Assembly: GCF_000737315.1 (NCBI RefSeq) | Contig: NZ_JMCB01000006.1 | Span: 930,001-994,000, forward strand | Direction: 5' to 3' | Source: Hyalangium minutum | Lineage (GTDB): Bacteria; Myxococcota; Myxococcia; Myxococcales; Myxococcaceae | DNA length: 64,000 nt | Part shown: positions 9,601 to 17,537 of the stretch, in pieces | Position numbering within the stretch: position 1 is the first letter of the stretch | Layout of the letters: each line of letters starts with the position of its first letter | Program-made: the position numbers and the translations under genes | The notes under the pieces: generated by a model | Told to the model about the DNA's origin: nothing | What the model saw: only the letters and a program-made list of their open reading frames with translations | Database searches by the model: none

Positions 9601-12072
9601 GTGGTGTTCACGCCGGCACCGGGCTTCATGGGCACGACGACCTTCACGTACACGGTGTCCGACGGCCATGGCGGCACCGCCATCGTGATTGTCATCGTGA
9701 CCGTGGGCGGGGGCGACAGCGACGGCGATGGCCTGACCGACGTCGAGGAGGGCGAGCTGGGCACCAATCCGAACAACCCGGATACGGACGGCGACGGCCT
9801 CAATGACGGCCTCGAGAATGCGACGGGCACCAACCCGCTCGACGCGGACACGGACGACGACGGCATCACCGACGGCAACGAGGACAGCAACCACAACGGC
9901 ACCGTGGAAGCCAATGAGACCGATCCCCGCATCTTCGACACGGACGGCGACGGCCTGAGCGACGGCCTCGAGTCGGGCCTGGCTCAGCCCCAGAGCGAGG
10001 ACACGAATCTGGGCGTCTTCACGCCGGACGCCGATCCGTCCACTACGACCGATCCGCGCAACCCGGACACGGACGGCGACACGCTGAAGGACGGCACCGA
10101 GGACGCCAACCACAATGGTGCCGTGGGCGACACGGAGACGGATCCGAACGATCCCGACTCGGACCACGGTGGCCTGAACGACGGCGAGGAGGTCAACGCG
10201 GGCAGTGACCCGCTCGACTACACGGACGACCTGATCGTCGCGGGCCGCGGCTGCGCCTCCACGGGCTCGGGCACGCTGCTGCCGCTGGTGTTGCTGCTCG
10301 CCCTGCCGTTGCTGCGCCGCCGCCAGGCCCTCCGCGTCTCGGGGAAGGCCTGGGGGGTGTTGGGGCTGCTGGCCGCCGTGCTCGTCTCGGCTCCTGTCCG
10401 AGCCCAGTCCACCCCCGAGGCCTCTCAGGGCATCGACGTGCAGCAGTTCAAGCCGGGGCCGGGCTGGAAGGACGTGCTGGGCGTGCAGAGCGCCCAGGTG
10501 GGCCGGCACCTCGGCTGGAACGTGGGCTTGTCCTTCAACTACGCGAAGGACCCGCTCAACTTCCTGCGGCCGCGCACCGACGACTTCGTCTACGAGATCG
10601 TCAAGAACCAGTACACCTTCGACCTGATGGGCGCCGTCTCGCTGTTCGACCGGTTCGAGCTCGGCGTGGCGCTGCCCATCACCTCGCAGAGCTCGGCGTC
10701 CGCCGCCTCCGTGTCGCCGCTGCTCTCCGAAGGCATCGATGCCACGGGCGTGGGCGATCTGCGCTTGGTGCCGAAGGCGCGCCTGCTCTCGCTGGACAGT
10801 GGGGTGCACCTGGGCGTGACGGTGCCGGTGATCCTGCCCACCTCGGGGGGCAAGGAGTTCCTGGGCCGCAGCGGGGTGGCGTTCTTCCCGCGGCTGCTCG
10901 GCGAGTGGACCAGTGACGGGGGCACGCGCGTGCTGGCCAACGTGGGCATCAACGTCCAGCCCCAGGAGCGCTTCTACAACCTGAACGTCAGCAACGAGTT
11001 CGCCTACGGGCTCGGCACGGAGATTCCCTTCAACGTGGGCAAGCACCGGCTGGCCGCTGAGGCCACGCTGGTGGGCGCCCTGGGCATGAAGGAGTCGAAC
11101 ACCGAGGAGCGTCCGCTGGAACTGCTCGCGGCGATGAAGTACCGCTTCTCGGACGCGCTGGCGATGCACCTCGGTGGTGGCCCGGGCCTCACGCGCGGCT
11201 ACGGCACGCCGGGCTTCCGCGTGCTGGCGGGCGTCATCTGGACCGAGACGGAGAAGGCTGCTCCTGCCCGCGTCGAGCCGCCGCCTCCGCCGCCCGTGAA
11301 GGTGTGCCCGCAGGGCCCCGAGGACATGGACGGCTTCCAGGACAACGACGGCTGCAACGATCCGGACAACGACAACGACGGCATCCTGGACGGCAACGAC
11401 CGCTGCCCGAACGAGCCGGAGACGCAGAACGGCTTCGAGGACGCGGACGGCTGCCCGGACGAGCTGCCTCCGCCTCCGCCGGTGGACACGGACGGCGACG
11501 GCCTCACGGATGACAAGGATCGCTGCCCGCAGGCCGCCGAGGACAAGGACGGCTTCCAGGATGAGGACGGCTGCCCGGATCCGGACAACGACAAGGACGG
11601 CGTGCTGGACGCGGCGGACAAGTGCCCGACCGAGCCGGAGACCATCAACGGCGTCGCGGACGACGACGGCTGCCCGGACAAGGGCAAGGAGAAGGTCCGC
11701 ATCGAGGGTGGGAAGATCGTCATCCTCGACAAGGTGTACTTCGCCACGAACAAGGACGTGATCCTCGCCAAGTCGTTCCCGTTGCTGCAGCAGGTGGGCC
11801 AGGTGCTGCGCGCCAACCCGGAGATCCTGAAGGTGCGCGTGGAGGGCCACACCGACAGCCAAGGCAAGGACGAGGCCAACATGGATCTGTCGCAGCGCCG
11901 AGCCAACAGCGTGCGCAAGCGCCTCATCGAGCAGGAGGGCATTGCGCCCGAGCGGCTCGAGGCGGCGGGCTTCGGCGAGACGCGGCCGGTGGATACCAAC
12001 GAGACGGCCAAGGGCCGCGAGAACAACCGCCGCGTGGAGTTCATCATCCTCGAGACGGCGGAGACGCCCTGA
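3631..12072 (+). CDS. Giant lipoprotein adhesin: two DUF11-like domains, 18 Ig/cadherin-like repeats, TSP3-like Ca-binding repeats, internal MYXO-CTERM, TraB-like outer-membrane beta-barrel, TSP3 repeats and OmpA domain
   Basis: Lipobox LLAC (Cys codon at 3700). DLAVTVTD/ADLSLTLTD DUF11-like motifs, NDPPTANND repeats, DSDGDGLTD repeats, and OmpA motifs RVEGHTD, LSQRRANSV and NRRVEF. Start taken at ATG 3631 (the ORF track extends to 3355). Confidence 0.9.
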   Translation: MNHSIRSKLSKWAVLFAGALLLACSTEPASAKGAAGPLGAAVTSLVADVPTDLAVTVTDGVTTVAPGSNVTYTIVVTNNGPNTVSGATLTDNFPAALMGVSWTCAPAAACGTTSGTGNIAVVLQSLGVGSSATFTVTATVNPAATGTTMTNTAVVALPTGFTDPVPANNSASDTDTFNRRADLSLTLTDAPDPVQASATLTYTLTVNNAGPSNAATTTVTLTLPSGATYVSGTGTGWTCTLSGSTVTCTRASAATGASPAITVLVTAPNTTGTIVATASVSSSTTDPVTGNNSTLATTTVNRVNNPPTANNDTLTVAEDNPATVVNVLNNDTSAPDVGETLTVISVTQPATGGTVTLSSGVVRFTPAPNFNGTTSFTYTISDGNGGFATATVNVTVTPVNDPPTANNDTLTVAEDSGATVVDVLANDTIFPDVGETLTVVSVTQPTTGGTVSLVGGVVSFTPAPNFNGTTSFTYTISDGALMATATVSVTVTPVNDPPTANDDTLTVAEDSGTTVVNVLANDSIFPDVGETLTVTAVTQPTTGGTVSLNGGVVRFTPAPDFNGTVTFTYTISDGALTSTATVTVTVTPVNDAPTANNDTLTVAEDSGATVVNVLANDSSAPDTGETLTIDSVTQPTTGGTVTLSNGTVSFTPAPDFSGTTSFTYTISDGNGGFATATVNVTVTPVNDPPTANDDTLTVAEDSGATVVNVLVNDTSAPDVGETLTVVSVTQPATGGTVTLSSGVVTFTPAPNFNGTTSFNYTITDGNGGTDTATVNVTVTPVNDPPTANNDTLTVAEDSGATVVDVLANDTFAPDVGETLTVTAVTQPATGGTVDLTNGTVTFTPAPDFNGTVTFSYTVSDGNGGTATATVSVTVTAVNDPPTAVDDAFTVPRNSTNNVLNVLANDTIFPDVGETLTVTAVTQPASGTVTLTGGVVSYTPLAAFIGDVTFSYTVSDGTLTATATVTVTVFGTNIPPTANNDSLTVAEDSGPTVVDVLANDTIAPDVGETLTVTAVTQPTSGGTVTLVGGVVSFTPAADFFGTVTFTYTVSDGSGGTDIATVTVTVTPVNDPPKANDDTLTVAEDSGATVVNVLANDLFSPDTGETLTVTAVTQPTSGGTVTLAGGVVSFTPAADFNGTVTFTYTISDGNGGTATATVTVTVTPVNDPPTANNDALTVAEDSGATVVDVLANDTFAPDMGETLTVTAVTQPTTGGSVTLSGGTVSFTPALNFTGTTTFTYTISDGNGGTATATVTVTVTPVNDPPDAVNDAITVGEDSTATVVNVLANDTSAPDVGETLTVVSVTQPATGGTVTLSSGTVIFTPAPDYFGTTTFTYTISDGNGGTDTATVTVTVTPVNDPPTAANDTLTVAEDSGATVVDVLGNDSSAPDVGETLTVTAVTQPVSGGTVTLVGGVVSFTPAPNFNGTVTFSYTLSDDNGGTATATVTVTVTPVNDPPDAVNDAITVGEDSGATVVNVLANDSSAPDTGETLTVTAVTQPATGGTVTLSSGTVIFTPEPDFNGTATFTYTISDGNGGTATATVTVTVTPVNDPPTAVNDTFTVAEDSPGTVLDVLSNDTFAPDVGETLTVTAVTQPATGGTVTLSNGTVIFTPAPDFVGTTTFTYTISDGNGGTSTATVTVVATGVNDPPTANNDALTVAEDSGPNPLDVLVNDSIFPDVGETLTVTAVTQPATGGTVTLSNGTVIFTPAPDFNGTVTFTYTVSDGNGGTATATVTVTVTPVNDPPTAVNDSFTVAEDSSGNVLDVLANDSIAPDTGETLTVTAVTQPSSGGTVTLSNGTVTFTPAPDFNGTVTFSYTVSDGNGDTATATVTVTVTPVSDPPIAVNDTFSVAEDSDPTVLDVLANDASPDPGETLTVTAVTQPTSGGTVALTNGQVIFTPDPNFNGTVTFTYTVSDGTSTSTATVTVNVTPTNDPPTGMPDTYSVPVNSGATTFDVLANDSSAPDTGETLTVTAVTQPTSSGGTVTVAPNGSGVVFTPAPGFMGTTTFTYTVSDGHGGTAIVIVIVTVGGGDSDGDGLTDVEEGELGTNPNNPDTDGDGLNDGLENATGTNPLDADTDDDGITDGNEDSNHNGTVEANETDPRIFDTDGDGLSDGLESGLAQPQSEDTNLGVFTPDADPSTTTDPRNPDTDGDTLKDGTEDANHNGAVGDTETDPNDPDSDHGGLNDGEEVNAGSDPLDYTDDLIVAGRGCASTGSGTLLPLVLLLALPLLRRRQALRVSGKAWGVLGLLAAVLVSAPVRAQSTPEASQGIDVQQFKPGPGWKDVLGVQSAQVGRHLGWNVGLSFNYAKDPLNFLRPRTDDFVYEIVKNQYTFDLMGAVSLFDRFELGVALPITSQSSASAASVSPLLSEGIDATGVGDLRLVPKARLLSLDSGVHLGVTVPVILPTSGGKEFLGRSGVAFFPRLLGEWTSDGGTRVLANVGINVQPQERFYNLNVSNEFAYGLGTEIPFNVGKHRLAAEATLVGALGMKESNTEERPLELLAAMKYRFSDALAMHLGGGPGLTRGYGTPGFRVLAGVIWTETEKAAPARVEPPPPPPVKVCPQGPEDMDGFQDNDGCNDPDNDNDGILDGNDRCPNEPETQNGFEDADGCPDELPPPPPVDTDGDGLTDDKDRCPQAAEDKDGFQDEDGCPDPDNDKDGVLDAADKCPTEPETINGVADDDGCPDKGKEKVRIEGGKIVILDKVYFATNKDVILAKSFPLLQQVGQVLRANPEILKVRVEGHTDSQGKDEANMDLSQRRANSVRKRLIEQEGIAPERLEAAGFGETRPVDTNETAKGRENNRRVEFIILETAETP
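4537..9705 (+). repeat. 18 tandem coding repeats of about 288 bp (about 96-aa Ig/cadherin-like units)
   Basis: Units start near 4540, 4828, 5113, 5398, 5686, 5974, 6261, 6541, 6831, 7119, 7407, 7696, 7984, 8271, 8559, 8848, 9136 and 9418. Confidence 0.92.
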
Positions 12073-12100
12073 TCAACCCAAGTCCGTAGGCAGGTTCCCA

Positions 12101-12136
12101 AGGCCCGTCCTGGTGCTTCAGCCAGGGCGGGCCTTC
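12101..12136 (+). terminator. Stem-loop terminator-like hairpin after the adhesin gene
   Basis: AAGGCCCGTCCTGG-loop-CCAGGGCGGGCCTT inverted repeat about 30 bp after the stop codon. Confidence 0.65.
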
Positions 12137-12414
12137 CTGTTCCCGTAGGACTTGGGGGCGATGAAGTGATGACCAGCCAACGTCCCGAAGGGTGGAGCCC
12201 GGGCCTCGCGTTGAGCAGTGCACAGCGTCATCCCCTTACAAGCGTCCTGAATTCGCACCCTTACGCACAGGGCCTACGCGCTCCCGGTAGGGAGGACTCT
12301 GTCTGACCCAGCGCGTCGCGGAGGTGCCTCCCCTCTGGGCGGCCCTTCGGGGCAAGATACCGGCGAGGCCACGGCGGTCAGCCTCGACCACCTCAGCGCG
12401 AAGAGAGGTATCTG

Positions 12415-12870
12415 ATGGCACGCTCCCGGGGAGTCACCATCCTGATGGCTGACGATGACGTGGATGATCGGGATCTCACCCGTGATGCCATGCAGCAGAA
12501 TCACCTCGATGGCGAGCTGAAGTGGGTCGAGGACGGCGAGGAGCTGCTCGACTACCTGAACCGCCGGGGACGCTTCAGTGATCCGAGTGCCGCGCCGCGC
12601 CCCGGGATCATCCTGCTGGATCTGAATATGCCGCGCCTGGATGGCCGCGAGGCCCTGCGCGAGATCAAAGCCCATCCGGAGCTGCGCCGCATTCCCATCA
12701 TCGTCCTGAGCACCTCCAGCGCGGAGGAGGACGTACAGCGCAGCTACGAGCTGGGAGCCAACTGCTTCATCACCAAGCCCGGCACATTCGACCGGCTGGT
12801 CGAAGTCATCCGGGTCCTCGGCGAGCACTGGCTGCAGACAGCCACGCTCCCCCGGACGAGCCCTGCATGA
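12415..12870 (+). CDS. Single-domain response regulator (Rcp1/CheY-like)
   Basis: ADDDVDD acidic pocket, LLDLNMP phospho-Asp, LSTS, and FITKP lysine. Confidence 0.93.
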   Translation: MARSRGVTILMADDDVDDRDLTRDAMQQNHLDGELKWVEDGEELLDYLNRRGRFSDPSAAPRPGIILLDLNMPRLDGREALREIKAHPELRRIPIIVLSTSSAEEDVQRSYELGANCFITKPGTFDRLVEVIRVLGEHWLQTATLPRTSPA

Positions 12871-14816
12871 GCTCGGAGGGAGCGCCGGGCCCCCTGCGCA
12901 TCCTCCTTGTCGAGGACGACCCCGACGACTTCATCTTGGTCCGGGATGCGCTGCGGGAGCTGGGCGACCAACGGCTGGTGCTCGACTGGGTGGAGGATGC
13001 GGACGAGGCCATCGCGGCCATGGCCTCGGGACACCATGATGTGTGCCTGCTGGACTACCGGCTCGGCGCCATCACCGGCCTGGAGCTGATGAGGCAGGCG
13101 CGAAGGCGAGGGGCCCGGCTGCCCGTCATCCTGCTCACGGGGCAGTCGGACACGGAGGTCGACCGGCAGGCCCAGGAGGCCGGGGCCGCGGACTTCGTGG
13201 TGAAGGCGCAGATGACGCCGGTGCTGCTGGAGCGCTCCATCCGCTACTCGGTGCAGCACGCCCGCACGCTGGAGGCGCTCCGCCGCTCCCGGGCGAGCTT
13301 CCGCGAGCTCATCGAGCGGCTGCCGGATGGCGTGTGCGTGATTCACGGCACGAGCATCACCTACGTCAACCCAGCGCTGTTCACCCTGCTGGGGTGTGCC
13401 TCGCCCAACGAGCTGCTGGGGCTGGAGGTACAGGAGCTGGCGGCGCGCTTCCTCCATGAGGAGGATCGAGAGCAGGTGCTGCGCGAGTTCGAGGCTCCCT
13501 TGGAGGGAGGGGGGCAGGAGCCCTTCCGGGAGGTCCGCCTGGTGCGGGCCTCGGGCGAGAGCATCCCAGCGGAGCTGGCGCGGTTCCCCGTGGTGTTCGA
13601 GGGCCAGCCCTGCACCATGTACATCGCGAGGGACCTGACCGAGCGCAAGCGGATGCAGTCGCAGTTGGTGCTGAGCGATCGCATGGCCTCGCTGGGCATG
13701 GTGGCGGGGATGATCGCCCACGACATCAACAACCCGCTGGCCTACGTGCTGGCCAACCTCCACATCCTGGAGGGAGACGTGCTGCCGCGCTTGAGCGTGA
13801 CGGCCTCCGAGCGCGAGGAGTTGCAGGCGCTGGTGGCGGATGCGCAGCTCGGCGCGGCGCGGGCACGGGAGATCGTCCAGCAGTTCCGGATCTTCTCGCG
13901 AGGGGACAAGGAGCCGCGGCGGCAGATTCTGGAGGTGCACCAGGTCATCGAGTCCGCGCTGCGCATGGCGGGCAATGAGATTCGCTACCGCGCGCGGCTG
14001 GTCCGGGACTACGGGGACCCCGTCCGGGTCGAGGCCCGCGAGGTGGAGCTGGGACAGGTGCTGCTGAACCTGCTGGTCAACGCGGCCCAGGCCATCCCCG
14101 AGGGAGACGCGGAGCGCCACGAGATCCGCGTCGTCACCCGGCAGCGAGGCGAGGAAGCGGTGATCGAGGTCCGCGACACGGGCGTGGGCATCCCCGCGGA
14201 TCGGATCGAGCGGGTGTTCGAGCCGTTCTTCACCACGAAGCCCAGCGGCATCGGCACGGGGCTGGGGCTGCCCATCTGCCGGAGCATCATCCAGTCCCTG
14301 GGCGGGCGGCTGGAGCTGGAGAGCGTGGTGGGCCGAGGCAGCATCCTCCGCATCGTCCTTCCCGCCGTGGCGCCTCCGAGCATCGTGGCGCTCCCGCAGC
14401 CCGCGAGGGAGCTGCCCTCGAGCCCATCGCGGCGGGGACGCATCCTCATCGTGGATGACGAGCCGCTGGTGAGCCAGGCCATCCGCCGCTCGCTGCAGCG
14501 AGAGCACGAGGTGGTGGTGCTGACGAGCGCCCGCGAAGCCCATGCCCGGCTGACGGGCGGGGAGCAGTTCGACGTCATCCTCTGCGACATCATGATGCCG
14601 GAGATGAGCGGCATCGACTTGTACGAGGAGCTGGCGCGCGTGGGGCCCGCGCTCTCCGAGCGGATGGTGTTCCTGACGGGTGGTGCCTTCACGCCTCGGG
14701 CCCGGGAGTTCCTTGGGCAGATCAAGAACCCCTGCTTGGAGAAGCCGTTCAACCCGAGGGATCTCCAGGAGCTGGTGCGCACCCTGCTGGCCGAGGACGC
14801 CGCCTCGCGGGCCTGA
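12867..14816 (+). CDS. Hybrid histidine kinase (REC-PAS-HisKA-HATPase-REC)
   Basis: N-terminal REC (LLDYRL), PAS, H-box AHDINNPL, N-box NLLVNAAQA, DTGVG, GTGLGL, and C-terminal REC (LCDIMMP). ATGA overlap with the upstream regulator. Confidence 0.93.
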   Translation: MSSEGAPGPLRILLVEDDPDDFILVRDALRELGDQRLVLDWVEDADEAIAAMASGHHDVCLLDYRLGAITGLELMRQARRRGARLPVILLTGQSDTEVDRQAQEAGAADFVVKAQMTPVLLERSIRYSVQHARTLEALRRSRASFRELIERLPDGVCVIHGTSITYVNPALFTLLGCASPNELLGLEVQELAARFLHEEDREQVLREFEAPLEGGGQEPFREVRLVRASGESIPAELARFPVVFEGQPCTMYIARDLTERKRMQSQLVLSDRMASLGMVAGMIAHDINNPLAYVLANLHILEGDVLPRLSVTASEREELQALVADAQLGAARAREIVQQFRIFSRGDKEPRRQILEVHQVIESALRMAGNEIRYRARLVRDYGDPVRVEAREVELGQVLLNLLVNAAQAIPEGDAERHEIRVVTRQRGEEAVIEVRDTGVGIPADRIERVFEPFFTTKPSGIGTGLGLPICRSIIQSLGGRLELESVVGRGSILRIVLPAVAPPSIVALPQPARELPSSPSRRGRILIVDDEPLVSQAIRRSLQREHEVVVLTSAREAHARLTGGEQFDVILCDIMMPEMSGIDLYEELARVGPALSERMVFLTGGAFTPRAREFLGQIKNPCLEKPFNPRDLQELVRTLLAEDAASRA

Positions 14817-15018
14817 GGTGCCGCGCCTCCAGGCTCCACGTGTAGGGAGAAGTGTTGGGTGTTTCGGGAGTGAACGCTCGTCGGGACGCATTGAATAACT
14901 CCGTCGCGGCTGCGTCGGTGGACTTGGTAGGTCCCGGTGCGGGATGGGCGATGGGCGGGTCCGAAGGCCGTTGGGTGGGACCGATAGCTCCTCATCTCTC
15001 TGAAGGCGGGCCTCTCAC

Positions 15019-17469
15019 ATGCTGAAGCAACGGTTGCTGGCGCTTGCGCTCACGGGTGCACTCACGGGCTGTATCGTCGAGCCCTCTCCGGAAGACCCCT
15101 TCGATCCCAACTTTCCGGACGGCCCCAGCACGATGATGCCGGACCTGGAGATCGAGTCGGTGACAGGTCCCTCCCAGCTGGGCCCGAACTCTCAGGACTT
15201 TCTGCGCGCGCGGCTGTGCAACCGGGGCGGCAGCTTCGCGATCACCGACGTGTCCTTCTTCCTCTCCAAGGACAAGGTGTTGGATCCGCTGGACAGGCGG
15301 GTGGGCACCAGCGGGCAGGCGACGGTGGAGGCGGGCGCCTGCCAAGAAGTGATGGCGCAAGTGAAGATGCAGGGAGTGGATCAGGACGGCTACTACCTGT
15401 TCGCCGTGGCGGATCCGAACGACTGGACCCTGGAGTCGTCGGAGACCAACAACGAGCGCATGGGGGCCAAGCTCTGGGTGGACCGGAACGTGCCCCCCGT
15501 GCCGACGCTCTCGTGGTTGACGGGCAACGGGCAGCCGAAGCTGCTGGCCTCTTCGGAGTTGGGCGTCTCGATTCGTGTCTACCAGGGCAGCACCTGCTCG
15601 GGCGAGCCGGTGGTGAACGGCTACCCCAGCGAGAATGGGTACTGTGAGATGCCCATCGACATCTCCTCGTACCCGGCCGCGAGCTACTCGGCGCGGGCGT
15701 ACGACTCCGTGGGGAACGCCTCGGGGTGCGGCTCCATCCAGGCGCCCTCGGGGTACGGCTACGACGTCACTCCGCCCGCGCCTCCGGTCGTCACCCAGGC
15801 GAACTGGAGCTACGGCACCACGCAGCACGCGCTGACCGTGAAGGGCACCACGGAGGCAGGGGCCGAGGTGGGCGTGTTCGTGGACGTGGCCTGCACGGGC
15901 ATCCCGGCGGCCACGGTGTTTGCGAGCTCCTCGGGGGCGTTCACGGCGGAGCTGACCGTGGCGGCTCAGTCGGGAGGCAGCATCCGCCGGGTGTACGTGG
16001 CCGCGCGGGATGCGGCCTACAACGAGTCCTCGTGCGTGGAGGGTCCCCGGTACGAGACGCCGTGCCAGACGGGCTACGCCAACTGCGATGGGAACCCGGC
16101 CAACGGCTGTGAGGCCATCCTCACGGAGGACGAGGCGAACTGCGGCGCGTGCGGCACCACCTGCCAGGGCTCCGGCAACGCCACGGGGGTGTGCATGTCG
16201 GGGACGTGCGGCGTGGCGTGCCCGGTGGGCCGCTACGACTGCGACGGGAACCTGTCCAACGGCTGCGAGTCCACCTACGCGTGCAGCCCCTCGGCGTGCA
16301 CAATCAACGCCTCGGCGGAGCTGGCCATCACGGCGCTGTCGGTGGTGGAGGATCCGGTGCGGACGGCGCCGGGTGGGGCGTGGCACTTCGGCACGCTGAT
16401 GCGGGCCATGGCGGGGGATCAGGATCCCTCCACGCTGGTGCGCAACTGGCTGAAGACGTGGGCCACGGCGCAGACGATCAACGGGCTCACGGTGCCGGCG
16501 CGCACGCAGATGCTGACGAAGGTGCTGACGCCGTGGGAGCAGAAGAGCGGCGGGGCGAGCCGCCCGCTGGACTTCAGCAAGGCGCCGTTCCGGCTGCTGG
16601 CCATCATGAACCGCATGGACCTGCGCAACCCGGGAGCGCAGGCGGGAGAGGGCCGCTTCGTGTTCGGCGTGCTGGACAGCTCGGGCAACCCGCTGGAGTT
16701 CACGATCATCTTCGAGTACGCGCTGCCGGGCGGCACGCCGGAGGCCATCCAGGGCTGGGCTCGGGGCTGGCATGAGCTGGGGCAGCTGGGGCTGAGCCAC
16801 CCGGACTACAAGACGAAGCTGCAGGCGCTGACGGATCGCTTCGCGAAGTCGGGGGTGATGGCGGGCCGGCCGTTCGGCAACGCGCTCAACCAGATCCGGA
16901 CCAACGAGGTGGATCTGGCCGATCCGTGGGAGATGCGTGAGTTCAACCTGACGACGGCGGGCCTGCAGCCGGCCACGGTGAAGCTGACGCCGGCCTTCAG
17001 CTTCAACAACACGGGCGCGCTGGGCGACTTCCTGCGGGCCAACCAGGCGGACATCCTCGCCGAGCGGCACACGGTGCCGACGACCCTCGGGAGCCAGCGG
17101 TTCCTGGCGGGCTCGGCGATTGTGCCCGAGGACTTCTTCTGGCGGGCGCCGAGCGTGGCGGCCGAGGTGCGGCACAAGTTCTCGGTGAACACGTGCAGCG
17201 GGTGCCACGCGGGGGAGACGGCCACGGACTTCGTGCACGTGGCTCCGCGGCGGGCAGGGCAGACCGCGGCGCTGTCGGCATTCCTCCGGGGTGGGACGGT
17301 GGTGGATCCGGTGTCGGGGACGTCACGGTCCTTCAATGACCTGGCCCGCCGCTCGGAGGACCTGGCGACCCTGGTGTGCGGCACGGCGGGGACGCAGAGC
17401 CTGAAGGATGTGGAGACGTTCGGCGGCTTCCCGGCGCCCTCCAACCTGCCCCGCGCCCGCGTGCACTGA
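15019..17469 (+). CDS. Lipoprotein with CARDB-like and Ig-like domains, Cys-rich repeats and a C-terminal CxxCH (possible heme c) domain
   Basis: Lipobox LTGC, PDLEIESV...DPNDWTLESSETNN (CARDB-like), repeated NCDGNxxNGCE, and CSGCH near the C-terminus. Confidence 0.8.
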   Translation: MLKQRLLALALTGALTGCIVEPSPEDPFDPNFPDGPSTMMPDLEIESVTGPSQLGPNSQDFLRARLCNRGGSFAITDVSFFLSKDKVLDPLDRRVGTSGQATVEAGACQEVMAQVKMQGVDQDGYYLFAVADPNDWTLESSETNNERMGAKLWVDRNVPPVPTLSWLTGNGQPKLLASSELGVSIRVYQGSTCSGEPVVNGYPSENGYCEMPIDISSYPAASYSARAYDSVGNASGCGSIQAPSGYGYDVTPPAPPVVTQANWSYGTTQHALTVKGTTEAGAEVGVFVDVACTGIPAATVFASSSGAFTAELTVAAQSGGSIRRVYVAARDAAYNESSCVEGPRYETPCQTGYANCDGNPANGCEAILTEDEANCGACGTTCQGSGNATGVCMSGTCGVACPVGRYDCDGNLSNGCESTYACSPSACTINASAELAITALSVVEDPVRTAPGGAWHFGTLMRAMAGDQDPSTLVRNWLKTWATAQTINGLTVPARTQMLTKVLTPWEQKSGGASRPLDFSKAPFRLLAIMNRMDLRNPGAQAGEGRFVFGVLDSSGNPLEFTIIFEYALPGGTPEAIQGWARGWHELGQLGLSHPDYKTKLQALTDRFAKSGVMAGRPFGNALNQIRTNEVDLADPWEMREFNLTTAGLQPATVKLTPAFSFNNTGALGDFLRANQADILAERHTVPTTLGSQRFLAGSAIVPEDFFWRAPSVAAEVRHKFSVNTCSGCHAGETATDFVHVAPRRAGQTAALSAFLRGGTVVDPVSGTSRSFNDLARRSEDLATLVCGTAGTQSLKDVETFGGFPAPSNLPRARVH

Positions 17470-17485
17470 CGCGGCGGGGACGTGG

Positions 17486-17516
17486 GAGCCGCTCGCTCTG
17501 TCAGGGCGGGCGGCTC
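17486..17516. terminator. Hairpin between convergent genes (possible bidirectional terminator)
   Basis: GAGCCGCTCGCTCT-GTC-AGGGCGGGCGGCTC inverted repeat with G-U pairs. Confidence 0.55.
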
Positions 17517-17537
17517 TCTGCTTGCGGGAGACCTGAG

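Noticed and set aside
4537-9705. Regular DNA repeats as a possible CRISPR array
   Set aside because: Units are about 288 bp, in frame and degenerate, with no unique spacers and no cas genes.
6571-11862. 1763-aa antisense ORF, and similar long opposite-strand ORFs (272-2059, 12744-14891, 14992-17238, 22777-25968, 29098-31875, 34421-36673, 54924-57959)
   Set aside because: Shadow ORFs produced by high GC3 on the true coding strand. They are Arg/His/Gly-rich with no domain motifs.
3631-12072. Calling the gene traA or traB
   Set aside because: No PA14-like or TraA Cys-rich repeat region is seen. Only the architecture of the C-terminal part resembles TraB.
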